A DNA stretch of 64,000 nt from Cytophagales bacterium (GTDB taxonomy: Bacteria > Bacteroidota > Bacteroidia > Cytophagales > JAHDFW01): NCBI GenBank assembly GCA_965277185.1, contig CBDICC010000020.1:63145-127144 (forward strand), written 5' to 3'. Positions 44,812-54,262 of the stretch are shown here, one piece after another. The position numbers were made by a program, and so were the translations under genes. Position 1 is the stretch's first letter. Each line of letters opens with the position of its first letter. The notes under the pieces are model-generated. The model did not search any database. It had not been told where the DNA came from and worked only from the letters and a program-made list of their open reading frames with translations.

Positions 44812-45276
44812 ATGCAAAACGCCTTTGAAATCCTTCAAATTACTAGACAGAATACGTTGACATTGTTGGACGATTTAACCTTAGATCAATTAAACGAAAT
44901 CCCAGAAGGGTATTCCAATAGCATTATTTGGAATGTAGCGCACGTGGTTACTACACAGCAATTATTATGTTATGGGCTTAGCAATAATGAAAAATTAATT
45001 GCGGCAGATCGAATTGATCAAAATCGAAAAGGGACCAAACCCGAGAGATATTACTCAGAGGAAGAAGTCGCGTTTTGGAAAGAGCAAATGATATATACTG
45101 CTGGAAAAATTAAAGAAGATTATAGTGCGGGTATATTCAAAGAGTTCAATGAATATACCACTAGTTATAACATCACGTTAACCGATATTGAAAAAGCCAT
45201 CGAGTTTAATAATGTACACGAAGGGGTACATTATGGTTACATTTTAGCACTACGCAAAAGCATAAAAGACAGCTAA
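44812..45276 (+). CDS. DinB/YfiT-family (DinB_2) metal-dependent protein
   Basis: About 154 aa from the ATG at 44812. The ORF-track start at 44620 overlaps the hydrolase gene. 'SIIWNVAHVV' and the C-terminal 'HEGVHYGYIL' form a His-triad pattern typical of DinB_2. Confidence 0.55.
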   Translation: MQNAFEILQITRQNTLTLLDDLTLDQLNEIPEGYSNSIIWNVAHVVTTQQLLCYGLSNNEKLIAADRIDQNRKGTKPERYYSEEEVAFWKEQMIYTAGKIKEDYSAGIFKEFNEYTTSYNITLTDIEKAIEFNNVHEGVHYGYILALRKSIKDS

Positions 45277-45339
45277 ATCAGGGCTTTTAGGCCTGATTTT
45301 GATCAAAACTAGCGTAATCTGAAAAAAGGAAGGAATGAT

Positions 45340-45804
45340 TTATCTTGTTGGCCGGATATGTCGACAAGCTGAATTCTCCTCAAATTGTATTAAATCAGAC
45401 TCTGCCAAGAACGCTTTTGATTTAGCAATAAAACCTGTTTGTTCCACATCAGAAAGCTCAGAAAGTTTAAAACAAAGATCCGTTTCGCCCTCTCGACCCC
45501 AAGGCACTTTTTGATAAGATACATTCGGATACTCCTTAGCTAAAAACGCTCCATAAGCAGCTTTCTTCTCTCGATCTGTGCCAGCTCCACGACTTGTAAA
45601 TCCCACAATAAAACGGAAGTAATTCGTGGTATCAGCTGCTTCACCATTGACTGCTGGCTCCTTTGTTCCATCGCTGTCTGCAAGTTTTTCCGATTGAGAA
45701 TTGTTTGAATCCGAATCGGCAACTGTTTTCTTTGAACTTTTACAAGACATTGCAACTAGTACAACGCATAAAATGACAAAACTATATTTCAAATGGGAAA
45801 TCAT
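45340..45804 (-). CDS. lipoprotein, hypothetical
   Basis: 154 aa. 'MISHLKYSFVILCVVLVAMSCKSS' is a lipobox-like signal with Cys. A Ser/Asp-rich linker follows. Confidence 0.5.
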   Translation of the reverse strand: MISHLKYSFVILCVVLVAMSCKSSKKTVADSDSNNSQSEKLADSDGTKEPAVNGEAADTTNYFRFIVGFTSRGAGTDREKKAAYGAFLAKEYPNVSYQKVPWGREGETDLCFKLSELSDVEQTGFIAKSKAFLAESDLIQFEENSACRHIRPTR

Positions 45805-45864
45805 ATGTAGAATTGAATAAATAGTGTGGATATTGTATTCGTTAATTTAAATCTGTAAATAATA

Positions 45865-47163
45865 TTATTTGGTCAAAATAAGCCTTAAATGGCTGCTTTT
45901 GGAATTGTCGCTAGACACGGAAACAAAGTAAACCCCTGCTTCTGCATTGGAAAGATCAATCTCCATGTTTTGCTGGCCTTGAGAAATATGACTGTTGGAA
46001 TAAACAACAGCTCCCAATACATTTCGAACAACAATATTAATGCCAGCAGCAGCATGTCTTGATCCCAATTGCAAATTAAATTTTCCGTTCGTTGGATTTG
46101 GATAAAGCTGTACGGAATATGCGTGGGGTTTATGTGTAATACCGGTAATTGCGGCACAAGAACCAATACTGGTACTTAGAGCAGTTCGAGTCCCTTCTAA
46201 GACGGCACGCATTCGATTTTTTTGTCCGAAGGTAAACATACTCATGCAATTGTCATCTACGTAGTCCATGTAGTTCATGTACATTTCACCATTCGTATCA
46301 CTTCCACAAGTGTTATTGGCATTATGAGGGAATGTTGGACAAAATGAATTATCCTGCTCTTGAGGAGGTGTGTCTGCCACTAAATCATCACCGCAGGTTG
46401 CGTCACCCCAGATATGACTTAAGTTGAGCCAATGTCCAACCTCATGGGTTGCTGTTCGTCCAAGGTTGTTAAATGTAAATCCACCAGTACCTGCCGTACC
46501 TGTTGTTCCAAATGCTCTGTAATCAATTACGATTCCATCATCATTAGGCCAAGCAGCCAAATCTGAAGGAAAAGTAGCGTAACCTAGTGTGCCAGGATCA
46601 CCATCTAAATTGCACACCCACATGTTCATAAATTGTGCAGGGTCCCAATTATCTTTTCCATTGCTGCTACTAAACTTCACATCTCCGTTCCCAGTGAAAT
46701 TGGTGTTCGAAGTGTTGGTTCGGGTTATACCGGTTGTTGCGTCTCCATTTTCATCAATGCTAGCAAGACAAAATTCAATTTGACAATTAGCCGAGTTTGT
46801 CCAAAAGGCGTGACCTAAAGGAAGTGAATCGGAATTTTGCAGGGTAAAATCTGCATTTAATACGTCTATTTGAGATAAAATTTGAGCGTCAGATACATTT
46901 TCCGCCGCCGCATTATATACTACATGTACAACCACCGGAATCCGAATGATTGTGTCACTTAATTTAAGTCCTTGATGTGCAGCAATCCATTGTTGGGTTT
47001 GGGTTTCCAATTGCTGCTTTCGAGCGAGGGCATTTGGATCTTTTTGGGTCCGTTCTTGCCATAATTTAAAGGAAGCACATTTTTCCTGAGCGTGTAAAAC
47101 GCTTGTTGAAAGAATTAAAAGCGCCAATCCACTGAGTAGGTTAAGTAAAGATTTATTCTTCAT
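45865..47163 (-). CDS. M43-family (ulilysin/pappalysin-type) zinc metalloprotease with a T9SS type-A C-terminal sorting domain
   Basis: 432 aa. Signal peptide; mature-domain start 'IIRIPVVVHVVYN'; zinc site 'HEVGHWLNLSH' (HExxHxxGxxH); Met-turn region; C-terminal 'LYPNPTNGKFNLQL...GVYFVSVSS...LRLILTK'. Confidence 0.75.
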   Translation of the reverse strand: MKNKSLLNLLSGLALLILSTSVLHAQEKCASFKLWQERTQKDPNALARKQQLETQTQQWIAAHQGLKLSDTIIRIPVVVHVVYNAAAENVSDAQILSQIDVLNADFTLQNSDSLPLGHAFWTNSANCQIEFCLASIDENGDATTGITRTNTSNTNFTGNGDVKFSSSNGKDNWDPAQFMNMWVCNLDGDPGTLGYATFPSDLAAWPNDDGIVIDYRAFGTTGTAGTGGFTFNNLGRTATHEVGHWLNLSHIWGDATCGDDLVADTPPQEQDNSFCPTFPHNANNTCGSDTNGEMYMNYMDYVDDNCMSMFTFGQKNRMRAVLEGTRTALSTSIGSCAAITGITHKPHAYSVQLYPNPTNGKFNLQLGSRHAAAGINIVVRNVLGAVVYSNSHISQGQQNMEIDLSNAEAGVYFVSVSSDNSKSSHLRLILTK

Positions 47164-47251
47164 AGGTCCAATTTTATACGAATAGATAAGTATAAATATA
47201 AGCGAATTTTTTGAATATAAAATCGGTACTATTGGAATGGACTCTGAAGAC

Positions 47252-48322
47252 TCATAGAGTCGATGTTTTCCATTCTTTCATAAGTAAAGAAGTGAAATTC
47301 TTTCTGCGACTTAGTCGAAGATGCCAAGTATCAGGAAAGTCTGAGTCATCAAATACGAATTGAGATGATTCCAATACCTTTATATCGTGACTCGCAATCC
47401 AATTTAAAAATACTGTTTGATTTTGAAGGGCCTTACTTGATTCATGAACTGATTTCTGGATCGTATGAAGCGGCATTTTATATAAATGCATCGTACCACC
47501 ATTTTGCTTAATCAAAATATGAAATGCGGATAAGGTACTACTATCCAATTGGGATAAAGTGATCACTGGACTGTTTTCGATTTCGGAAGCATGGATTTTG
47601 GCAATGGCAATGGCTTCTTGATTTGCTCGTTTGAATCCATTATTTTTAATTCCTCCTCCTGATGCAACGGCATTGGTTTCACTCTTTTTATTTAACGAAA
47701 ACACTCGATTTTGGAAGCCTCGAATTTTTTCATTTAAATAATTTTTGGTTTTATAGAGTGAGCTGATCTTTTCAAAAAATACCTGCAATTTGATTTTCCA
47801 GTTGTTTTCCGATTCTCGAAAGAAGGAGGGTAAATCGGTGATTGCCAAATGTGGAATCAAAAATTGGGTGCGGGCAATGTCCTTTGGACCTGTGGGTTCA
47901 GAAACACGTAATCTTGCTTGGGTAAATGGTTCAGTATAAGTGCCCCAACCAGAATATTCAATGAACACTTTAGCGCCTTTTAGGAAATCTGGATAATCAT
48001 CAAGTTTATGTTTCAAAGCTTGGTAATGAACACCAGGAGTCATGTATGCCCGTCCGGTAATTAGCGTAGTTTTAGATGGATAATTCTCTTTAAGAGTTTC
48101 CCAATCAATGGTGGCATGGACTCTTGAACTTCCAATAAACAAGAAATCAGCATGGGTTGTTTCTTGTAACCCGTAGATTTTAAGTCCTGGATTAGGGGAA
48201 CGTTCGTTATACACATTGATCGAATATAAAAAAGCAGGATCCACCACAACCCGACAAAACAATTCCGTAAGGATCAAAAAGATCCCGGAAAACGTGACAA
48301 ATTTTAGCACGAACCTGCGCAT
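47252..48322 (-). CDS. hypothetical membrane-anchored protein
   Basis: 356 aa with an N-terminal TM helix 'FVTFSGIFLILTELF'. I recognised no motif with confidence. Confidence 0.4.
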   Translation of the reverse strand: MRRFVLKFVTFSGIFLILTELFCRVVVDPAFLYSINVYNERSPNPGLKIYGLQETTHADFLFIGSSRVHATIDWETLKENYPSKTTLITGRAYMTPGVHYQALKHKLDDYPDFLKGAKVFIEYSGWGTYTEPFTQARLRVSEPTGPKDIARTQFLIPHLAITDLPSFFRESENNWKIKLQVFFEKISSLYKTKNYLNEKIRGFQNRVFSLNKKSETNAVASGGGIKNNGFKRANQEAIAIAKIHASEIENSPVITLSQLDSSTLSAFHILIKQNGGTMHLYKMPLHTIQKSVHESSKALQNQTVFLNWIASHDIKVLESSQFVFDDSDFPDTWHLRLSRRKNFTSLLMKEWKTSTL

Positions 48323-48400
48323 TTTTCAATGATGTAATGTAAAGTGAATAACCCCGTTTATCAAAAGATTGATAGGAGGGGCTATTCTCTGAATTTTCAC

Positions 48401-49711
48401 TTAGGCAACAACGTGCTGACCAGCCATGATTGCTTCAATTTCATTCACTTCTTTTGGGATGTTTCTCATGAAGTTCATCGGTGCACCAGAGGTAACAAGA
48501 ACGTCGTCTTCGATTCGAATACCAATACTTTCTTCCTGAATGTAGATTCCTGGTTCACAAGTGAAGACCATTCCTTCTTGGATTTCCATATCATGCGCCC
48601 ATGTACCAACATCATGTACGTCTAATCCCATATAATGGGATGTTCCATGCATGAAGTACTTCTTATAAGCAGGTTTAGCCGGATCTTGATTTTTCACGTC
48701 TTCTTCGGTGATCAAGCCCAATCCGATTAGTTCTTTTTCCATCATAAGACCAACCTCTTTGTGGTAATCATGAATATTCATGCCCGGTCTTAATAAATCA
48801 ATAGCAGCTTTTTGGACCCGTAAAACAGCATTGTAAACATCTTTTTGACGATCCGTAAATTTTCCATTTACTGGAATGGTACGAGATAAATCCGATGCAT
48901 AGTTGGCATATTCTGCGCCAAAGTCCATCAGCAATAAATCTCCATCTTTGCATTCCTGATTATTGTCAATATAGTGCAATACACAGGCAGAATATCCTGA
49001 GGCGATGATGGATTCATAAGCAGAACCTCTGGATCGGTTGCGTAAAAATTCATGTTGCATTTCCGCTTCAATTTCATATTCCATCACACCCGGCTTTACA
49101 AATTTAAGAATTCGTTTAAAGCCTTTTTCAGTAATGTCGCAAGCTGTTTGAATGGCATCAATTTCTTCCTGCCCTTTGATAGCTCTTAAGTCATGCATTA
49201 TAGGAGCTACACGCAAATAATTATGCATGTTATAGGTCTCCTTGCAGAATTTGATAAATCGTGCATCACGTGTTTCTACCTCCACATTTGCCCGAAGATG
49301 TTCGTTGGTATTTAAGTATACATTCTCACATTCCGACATTAAAATTCTCAAAGTGTTTTCGAAATCGGTCAACCACATAATTGTTTCAACTCCAGACTGC
49401 TCAATCGCTTCTTCTTTGGTGTATTTATGTCCCTCCCAAATGGCGATTAAATCACTGGTTTCTTTCAAAAATAGAATCGCTCGATGCGCCTTCTTTTTAG
49501 CGTCTGGAAATACGATTAAAATAGATTCTTCCTGATCAATCCCGCTTAAGTATAACAAATCATTATTTTGCCGAAAAGGCATATGTCCGTCCGCATTTGT
49601 TGGCATGATGTCATTTGAATTGAACACAGCCAATGAATTTGGTTTCATAGCAGCAGCTAGTTTTGAACGGTTTCGTATATAAAGTGTTTTGTTTAGTGGA
49701 ATGTATTTCAT
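48401..49711 (-). CDS. pepP: Xaa-Pro aminopeptidase (M24B, aminopeptidase P family)
   Basis: 436 aa. M24 pita-bread motifs 'DFGAEYANYASDLSRT', 'HGTSHYMGLDVHD' and 'VFTCEPGIY' are present, with an N-terminal creatinase-like domain. Confidence 0.85.
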   Translation of the reverse strand: MKYIPLNKTLYIRNRSKLAAAMKPNSLAVFNSNDIMPTNADGHMPFRQNNDLLYLSGIDQEESILIVFPDAKKKAHRAILFLKETSDLIAIWEGHKYTKEEAIEQSGVETIMWLTDFENTLRILMSECENVYLNTNEHLRANVEVETRDARFIKFCKETYNMHNYLRVAPIMHDLRAIKGQEEIDAIQTACDITEKGFKRILKFVKPGVMEYEIEAEMQHEFLRNRSRGSAYESIIASGYSACVLHYIDNNQECKDGDLLLMDFGAEYANYASDLSRTIPVNGKFTDRQKDVYNAVLRVQKAAIDLLRPGMNIHDYHKEVGLMMEKELIGLGLITEEDVKNQDPAKPAYKKYFMHGTSHYMGLDVHDVGTWAHDMEIQEGMVFTCEPGIYIQEESIGIRIEDDVLVTSGAPMNFMRNIPKEVNEIEAIMAGQHVVA

Positions 49712-49834
49712 AGTAATCCTTGTTTTTTGCTAAGATACTAAAAAACAGATGTTGTTGCATTTCACTCATAAAAAAATGAAAATTTTGTACCAGTTCGTTT
49801 GTTTGCGTATCTTAGGTCGATTTTGTAATTATCA

Positions 49835-52800
49835 ATGAGTAAAGAAATTTTATCGGCACTGGTTCAACTGTTTGCGATTTTTGCAAAGCAGGATGACGGC
49901 GTTACGGAAGAAGAACGTAAGCTGGTAGGTTGGTTTCTTCGTCAACAATTAAATAAAAAATCTGTCGAAGAATATCTGGCAGAATTTGATAAACACGCCG
50001 GGATGAGTAAAAATACTCGTACCAAGCGACGTTCGATGGTGAGTGACTCCACCAAAACCCTCCGAATTTGCGGCCAAATCAATAAAGAACTAACGCATGT
50101 CCAAAAGATTATTGTAACCTTTAATCTCTTGGAAATGATTGCTGCAGGGGGCACGGGAATTACAGTGGCGGAAGATGATTTTTTAACTACTGCCGTTGAT
50201 ATCTTTAACATTCAAAAAGAAGAATTTGAATCCATTCGAGAGTTTATTCTTAGCAGTAAATTATACGAAGTAGATCAAGAGAATGTATTGTTGTTAGATG
50301 CGTTGGCAATTAATGACAAAGAACATACACGACACATTAAGATTCCAGGATTAGAAGGAGTTATGGGTGTGTTGCGAATTACTAGTGCAGATATTTATTT
50401 GATCCGATATTTGGGACCCCAAGAATTGCAATTGAATGGCATGGGGATTCGATCTCATAAAACCTATGTGTTTCCAAATGGAAGTACAATTCGAAATCCA
50501 AAAACCAGTACAATCTATTACAGTGATGTGGTTACGGAGTTTTTGAAGGATGAAACACCTAATCCACTATCTTTTGTAGCGGAGAATATTCAATATCGAT
50601 TTGCAAATCAAAAATTAGGACTTAGAGGAGTAGATATAAAAGAGGGGAGCGGCAAGCTTGTAGGGATAATGGGAGCAAGTGGTTCTGGAAAATCTACATT
50701 GCTTAATGTATTGAACGGAACGGAGAAACCATCAGAAGGTTCTGTTCGAATCAATGGAATTGACATTCATCAGTACCCTAAGAAAATTGAAGGTGTGATC
50801 GGACATATTCCGCAGGATGATCTTCTGATGGAAAACCTAACGGTCTTTGAGAACTTGTATTTTTCGGCAAAACTTTGCTTTAAAGATAAATCCAAGAAAG
50901 AGATCGTGGAGTTGGTTCAAGATACACTTGCAAAGATTGGTTTGACGGAAATTCAAGATTTGAAAGTAGGTTCGGTACTTGAAAAAATGATCAGTGGTGG
51001 CCAACGAAAACGAGTCAATATTGCGTTAGAATTATTGCGTGAACCGGCCATACTATTTGTAGATGAACCTACATCAGGACTTTCTTCCAGAGATTCAGAG
51101 AACATCATGGATTTGCTGAAAGAACTTTCATTGTCAGGAAAATTGATTTTTGTCGTAATTCATCAACCCGCTTCAGATATCTTTAAGTTGTTTGATCAAT
51201 TATTGATTATGGATACGGGTGGATATCCCATTTACTATGGAAATCCGATAGATTCGCTAATCTATTTCAAGCAAGAAGCAAACCAAATTAATGCAGAACA
51301 AGGGGAATGCAATGTTTGTGGAAATGTAAATCCAGAACAAATTTTCAACATTGTCGAAACTCATGTGGTGGATGAATATGGAAATTTCACCGAAGAACGC
51401 AGAGTTGGGCCTGAGGATTGGAATGAAGCCTATAAGGTTAATCGGTTAAAGCGAGAAAAAGAACATTCCGAAGAACCTGAAATTGAATCCGAGATCGTTC
51501 GAAAAATAAGCATTCCAAGCTTGATGTCGCAATGGATTATCTTCATGAAGCGAGATGTCTTGTCTAAAATCGCTAACAAGCAGTATTTGTTGATCAATTT
51601 TTTAGAAGCACCGGTATTGGCGATTCTTCTGGCTTACATTATTCGTTATTATAATGCATCGGAAGGGAATCAAGTCTATAGTTATGCGAAGAATGAAAAT
51701 GTTGCAGCATATATATTTATGAGCATTATTGTCGCGCTTTTTATGGGACTGACGGTAAGTGCAGAGGAAATCATCAATGATCGAAGGATTCTAAAGAGAG
51801 AGCGGTTTTTAAATTTAAGTTGGCTGAGTTATTTATATTCTAAAGTAGGAATTTTGTTTTTTCTCTCTGCCGTGCAAACACTTACGTTTGTATTGATTGG
51901 GAATACAATTTTAGGCATCCAAGGAATGTATTTTCATTATTGGTTCATGTTATTTTCGATTTCTTGTTTTGCAAATTTGCTAGGGTTAAATATTTCCGCT
52001 TCGTTTCGATCAGTTGTCACGATTTACATCCTGATTCCGTTGTTATTAATCCCACAGATTATCTTAAGTGGAGTGGTCGTCAACTTTGACAAGTTGAACC
52101 CGTCGCTTAGCTCTGTGAATAGTGTGCCATTAATTGGAGACGCTATGGCTTCTAGATGGGCATTTGAAGGAATTGCAGTTCAACAAGCAAGAAATAACGA
52201 TTATACTCAACAGATGTATCCGTTTGATCAAAAGCTAGCGCAGTTGAATTATGGGAAAATATACCATTTGCCCCATTTGAAAAAAGACTTAGACTATTGT
52301 GTTAATCATCTTGGAGAACCTATAACAGCTCATAAAATAAATGTACTTCATAGTGAGATAAGTAAAATATCAGATAAGATCAGCGGCGCTGAATTTGCAC
52401 ATGAAGATGAATTGACATTGGAGAAATTCGATGCTGCCATGGCTGAAGAAATTAAAGTGTACTTGGATCAAATTAAGCATTATTACATTCTTTCCTATAA
52501 TGATGTAATTGAGCAAAAGCAGGCATATCTTAGAGATTTAAACGCCAAAGATCCCAATTTCCTTCAGAATCTAAAAAAGGAGCATTACAATGTGACCTTA
52601 GATGATATGGTACAGAATGCGGAGGAAGATGAGCGAATTTTCGAAGATGAAGGAGAATTGCTACAAAAGATTTATCAAATCTATCAGGAGCCGCGGTCAA
52701 AAAACTTATTGGATTACAGAGCGCAGTTTTACCTTCCTCAAAAACATTTCATGGGTGTGCATTTTGACACCTTTTGGTTTAACTTGAGTGTGATTTGGTT

Positions 52801-52903
52801 TATGTGCTTCACGTTATTCATTATGTTGTATTTCAACTTACTTGAAAAACTAGTAGCATTCATTGAACGATTAAGGTTCGGTCTTCCTCATACGGTGGAG
52901 TAG
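49835..52903 (+). CDS. ABC transporter, fused ATP-binding cassette plus ABC-2/ABCG-type permease, with an N-terminal tandem TerB-like domain
   Basis: 1022 aa. The N-terminus 'ALVQLFAIFAKQDDGVTEEERKLVGWF' and 'IVTFNLLEMIAAGGTGITVAEDDFLTTAVDIF' fit the TerB pattern (hydrophobic helix, DG, acidic). Walker A 'GASGSGKSTLLNVLNG', signature 'ISGGQRKRVNIALELL', Walker B 'LFVDEPTSGL'. The C-terminal roughly 450 aa carry about 6 TM helices of ABC-2 type. Confidence 0.75.
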   Translation: MSKEILSALVQLFAIFAKQDDGVTEEERKLVGWFLRQQLNKKSVEEYLAEFDKHAGMSKNTRTKRRSMVSDSTKTLRICGQINKELTHVQKIIVTFNLLEMIAAGGTGITVAEDDFLTTAVDIFNIQKEEFESIREFILSSKLYEVDQENVLLLDALAINDKEHTRHIKIPGLEGVMGVLRITSADIYLIRYLGPQELQLNGMGIRSHKTYVFPNGSTIRNPKTSTIYYSDVVTEFLKDETPNPLSFVAENIQYRFANQKLGLRGVDIKEGSGKLVGIMGASGSGKSTLLNVLNGTEKPSEGSVRINGIDIHQYPKKIEGVIGHIPQDDLLMENLTVFENLYFSAKLCFKDKSKKEIVELVQDTLAKIGLTEIQDLKVGSVLEKMISGGQRKRVNIALELLREPAILFVDEPTSGLSSRDSENIMDLLKELSLSGKLIFVVIHQPASDIFKLFDQLLIMDTGGYPIYYGNPIDSLIYFKQEANQINAEQGECNVCGNVNPEQIFNIVETHVVDEYGNFTEERRVGPEDWNEAYKVNRLKREKEHSEEPEIESEIVRKISIPSLMSQWIIFMKRDVLSKIANKQYLLINFLEAPVLAILLAYIIRYYNASEGNQVYSYAKNENVAAYIFMSIIVALFMGLTVSAEEIINDRRILKRERFLNLSWLSYLYSKVGILFFLSAVQTLTFVLIGNTILGIQGMYFHYWFMLFSISCFANLLGLNISASFRSVVTIYILIPLLLIPQIILSGVVVNFDKLNPSLSSVNSVPLIGDAMASRWAFEGIAVQQARNNDYTQQMYPFDQKLAQLNYGKIYHLPHLKKDLDYCVNHLGEPITAHKINVLHSEISKISDKISGAEFAHEDELTLEKFDAAMAEEIKVYLDQIKHYYILSYNDVIEQKQAYLRDLNAKDPNFLQNLKKEHYNVTLDDMVQNAEEDERIFEDEGELLQKIYQIYQEPRSKNLLDYRAQFYLPQKHFMGVHFDTFWFNLSVIWFMCFTLFIMLYFNLLEKLVAFIERLRFGLPHTVE

Positions 52904-52978
52904 GAGTAAATAATCGATCTATTTCATTGCTCGATTACCCTTTTTAGTCTTGTATTGGTAATTAGATAATTGTTATCC

Positions 52979-53383
52979 TTACAAAAACATTTTTTGCAAT
53001 TCGCCCCAAAGCTTGCCTTTCAACGCTTTGTCAGTTGCAACTTTATCCAATCCATCGCACTTCAAAACAGTCATTGCACCTTCTTTAACTTTGGTGTGCG
53101 CGTAATTATCTACTTTTTCAGCGTGGGTTTCATCAAAAATCAAGACAACTTTGGTTTCCAATTCCGTACAGGAAGGAACATGTTCACTGTATAAAATAGA
53201 AGTATTGAAAAGAGAGAGCTTCACCGCATTCAAAATCTTCCCAAGGAAGAGTTCGTTTTTAGCAGTTAGTTTTTTATCTAGAACAATGCAGACATCTTTC
53301 AAATCCGCGCCGCCTTCATCCAAAAGATAAAACTCATCCTCAGCAAATAACTCCTTATAAAAGCCTGGTTCGATTTCTTCCAT
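52979..53383 (-). CDS. hypothetical protein (134 aa)
   Basis: ORF with an ATG start. It is acidic and I recognised no motif. Confidence 0.4.
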   Translation of the reverse strand: MEEIEPGFYKELFAEDEFYLLDEGGADLKDVCIVLDKKLTAKNELFLGKILNAVKLSLFNTSILYSEHVPSCTELETKVVLIFDETHAEKVDNYAHTKVKEGAMTVLKCDGLDKVATDKALKGKLWGELQKMFL

Positions 53384-53520
53384 GTTTATATTCGTAATTT
53401 ATTCTGAATTGAAAATGACTAATGTGCACTGCTTAACGGTACCATATTACAAAAATAAGATATCTTCCTTAAATTCAATATACTCTGGACCGAGTATTAA
53501 TTAAAATCACCTTTTCGACC

Positions 53521-54039
53521 TCAATCGTCCATAAAAATAGCTTTCAATTCGTTGGCATCTTTTGGTTTCATTTTACCAGCAAGAATTAAACGGAGTTGTC
53601 TTCTTCGCAATGCTCCTTCGTAAAACTTGATTTCATTTTCAGTTTCTGGTTGAATAGGAGGCACATTGATCGGATTTCCATTCTGATCCACCGCTACAAA
53701 GGTAAAGAACGCTTCATTTGATTTAGCTTTTGTATTACGAGTCAAATCTTCCACCCAAACTTCGATGCGCACTTCCATAGAAGAAGTAAATGCACGAGTA
53801 ACAAATGATTGTAATGTCACAACGCTGCCTAACGAAATTCCTTTCTCAAATGATACATGATCTACTGAAGCTGTTACGACAATTCGATTGCAATGCTTTT
53901 GCGCTGATATAGCAGCGGCAATATCCATGAAATGCATCATCCGTCCACCCATCAGATTATTCAAGGTATTGGTGTCATTTGGTAACACGAATTCCGTCAT
54001 GTTCACAAAGGAGTCTTTTACATATTTTGTAGCTGCCAT
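53521..54039 (-). CDS. acyl-CoA thioesterase (hotdog fold, YciA/Acot-like)
   Basis: 172 aa. 'LPNDTNTLNNLMGGRMMHFMDIAAAISAQKH' and 'VTASVDHVSFEKGISLGSVV' are typical of hotdog-fold acyl-CoA hydrolases. Confidence 0.75.
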   Translation of the reverse strand: MAATKYVKDSFVNMTEFVLPNDTNTLNNLMGGRMMHFMDIAAAISAQKHCNRIVVTASVDHVSFEKGISLGSVVTLQSFVTRAFTSSMEVRIEVWVEDLTRNTKAKSNEAFFTFVAVDQNGNPINVPPIQPETENEIKFYEGALRRRQLRLILAGKMKPKDANELKAIFMDD

Positions 54040-54175
54040 AATATTCTGCTTTAATTCTGTTCTATTCTGCGAAATTAGTCCGAAACCATTCAGTCACAAA
54101 ACAATCTGTTCTTTTAAATAGTTTACTAGAAAGATAAATAATAAAAGAAGGTCAAAAATGAGGTGGGTTTTGCCA

Positions 54176-54215
54176 ATAAAAAAAGGCAGTCAATGAATAA
54201 ATGTCATTGACTGCC
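54176..54215 (-). terminator. rho-independent terminator of the 54263..56413 metalloprotease gene
   Basis: Perfect 12-bp stem ggcagtcaatga(54185-54196)/tcattgactgcc(54204-54215) with a 7-nt loop. On the minus strand it is followed by T7-T9 (the plus-strand A-run is at 54176-54184). Confidence 0.6.
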
Positions 54216-54262
54216 TATCTTAAATTAAATTAAATAGTATTTTCTATTCGATCTATTTGATT

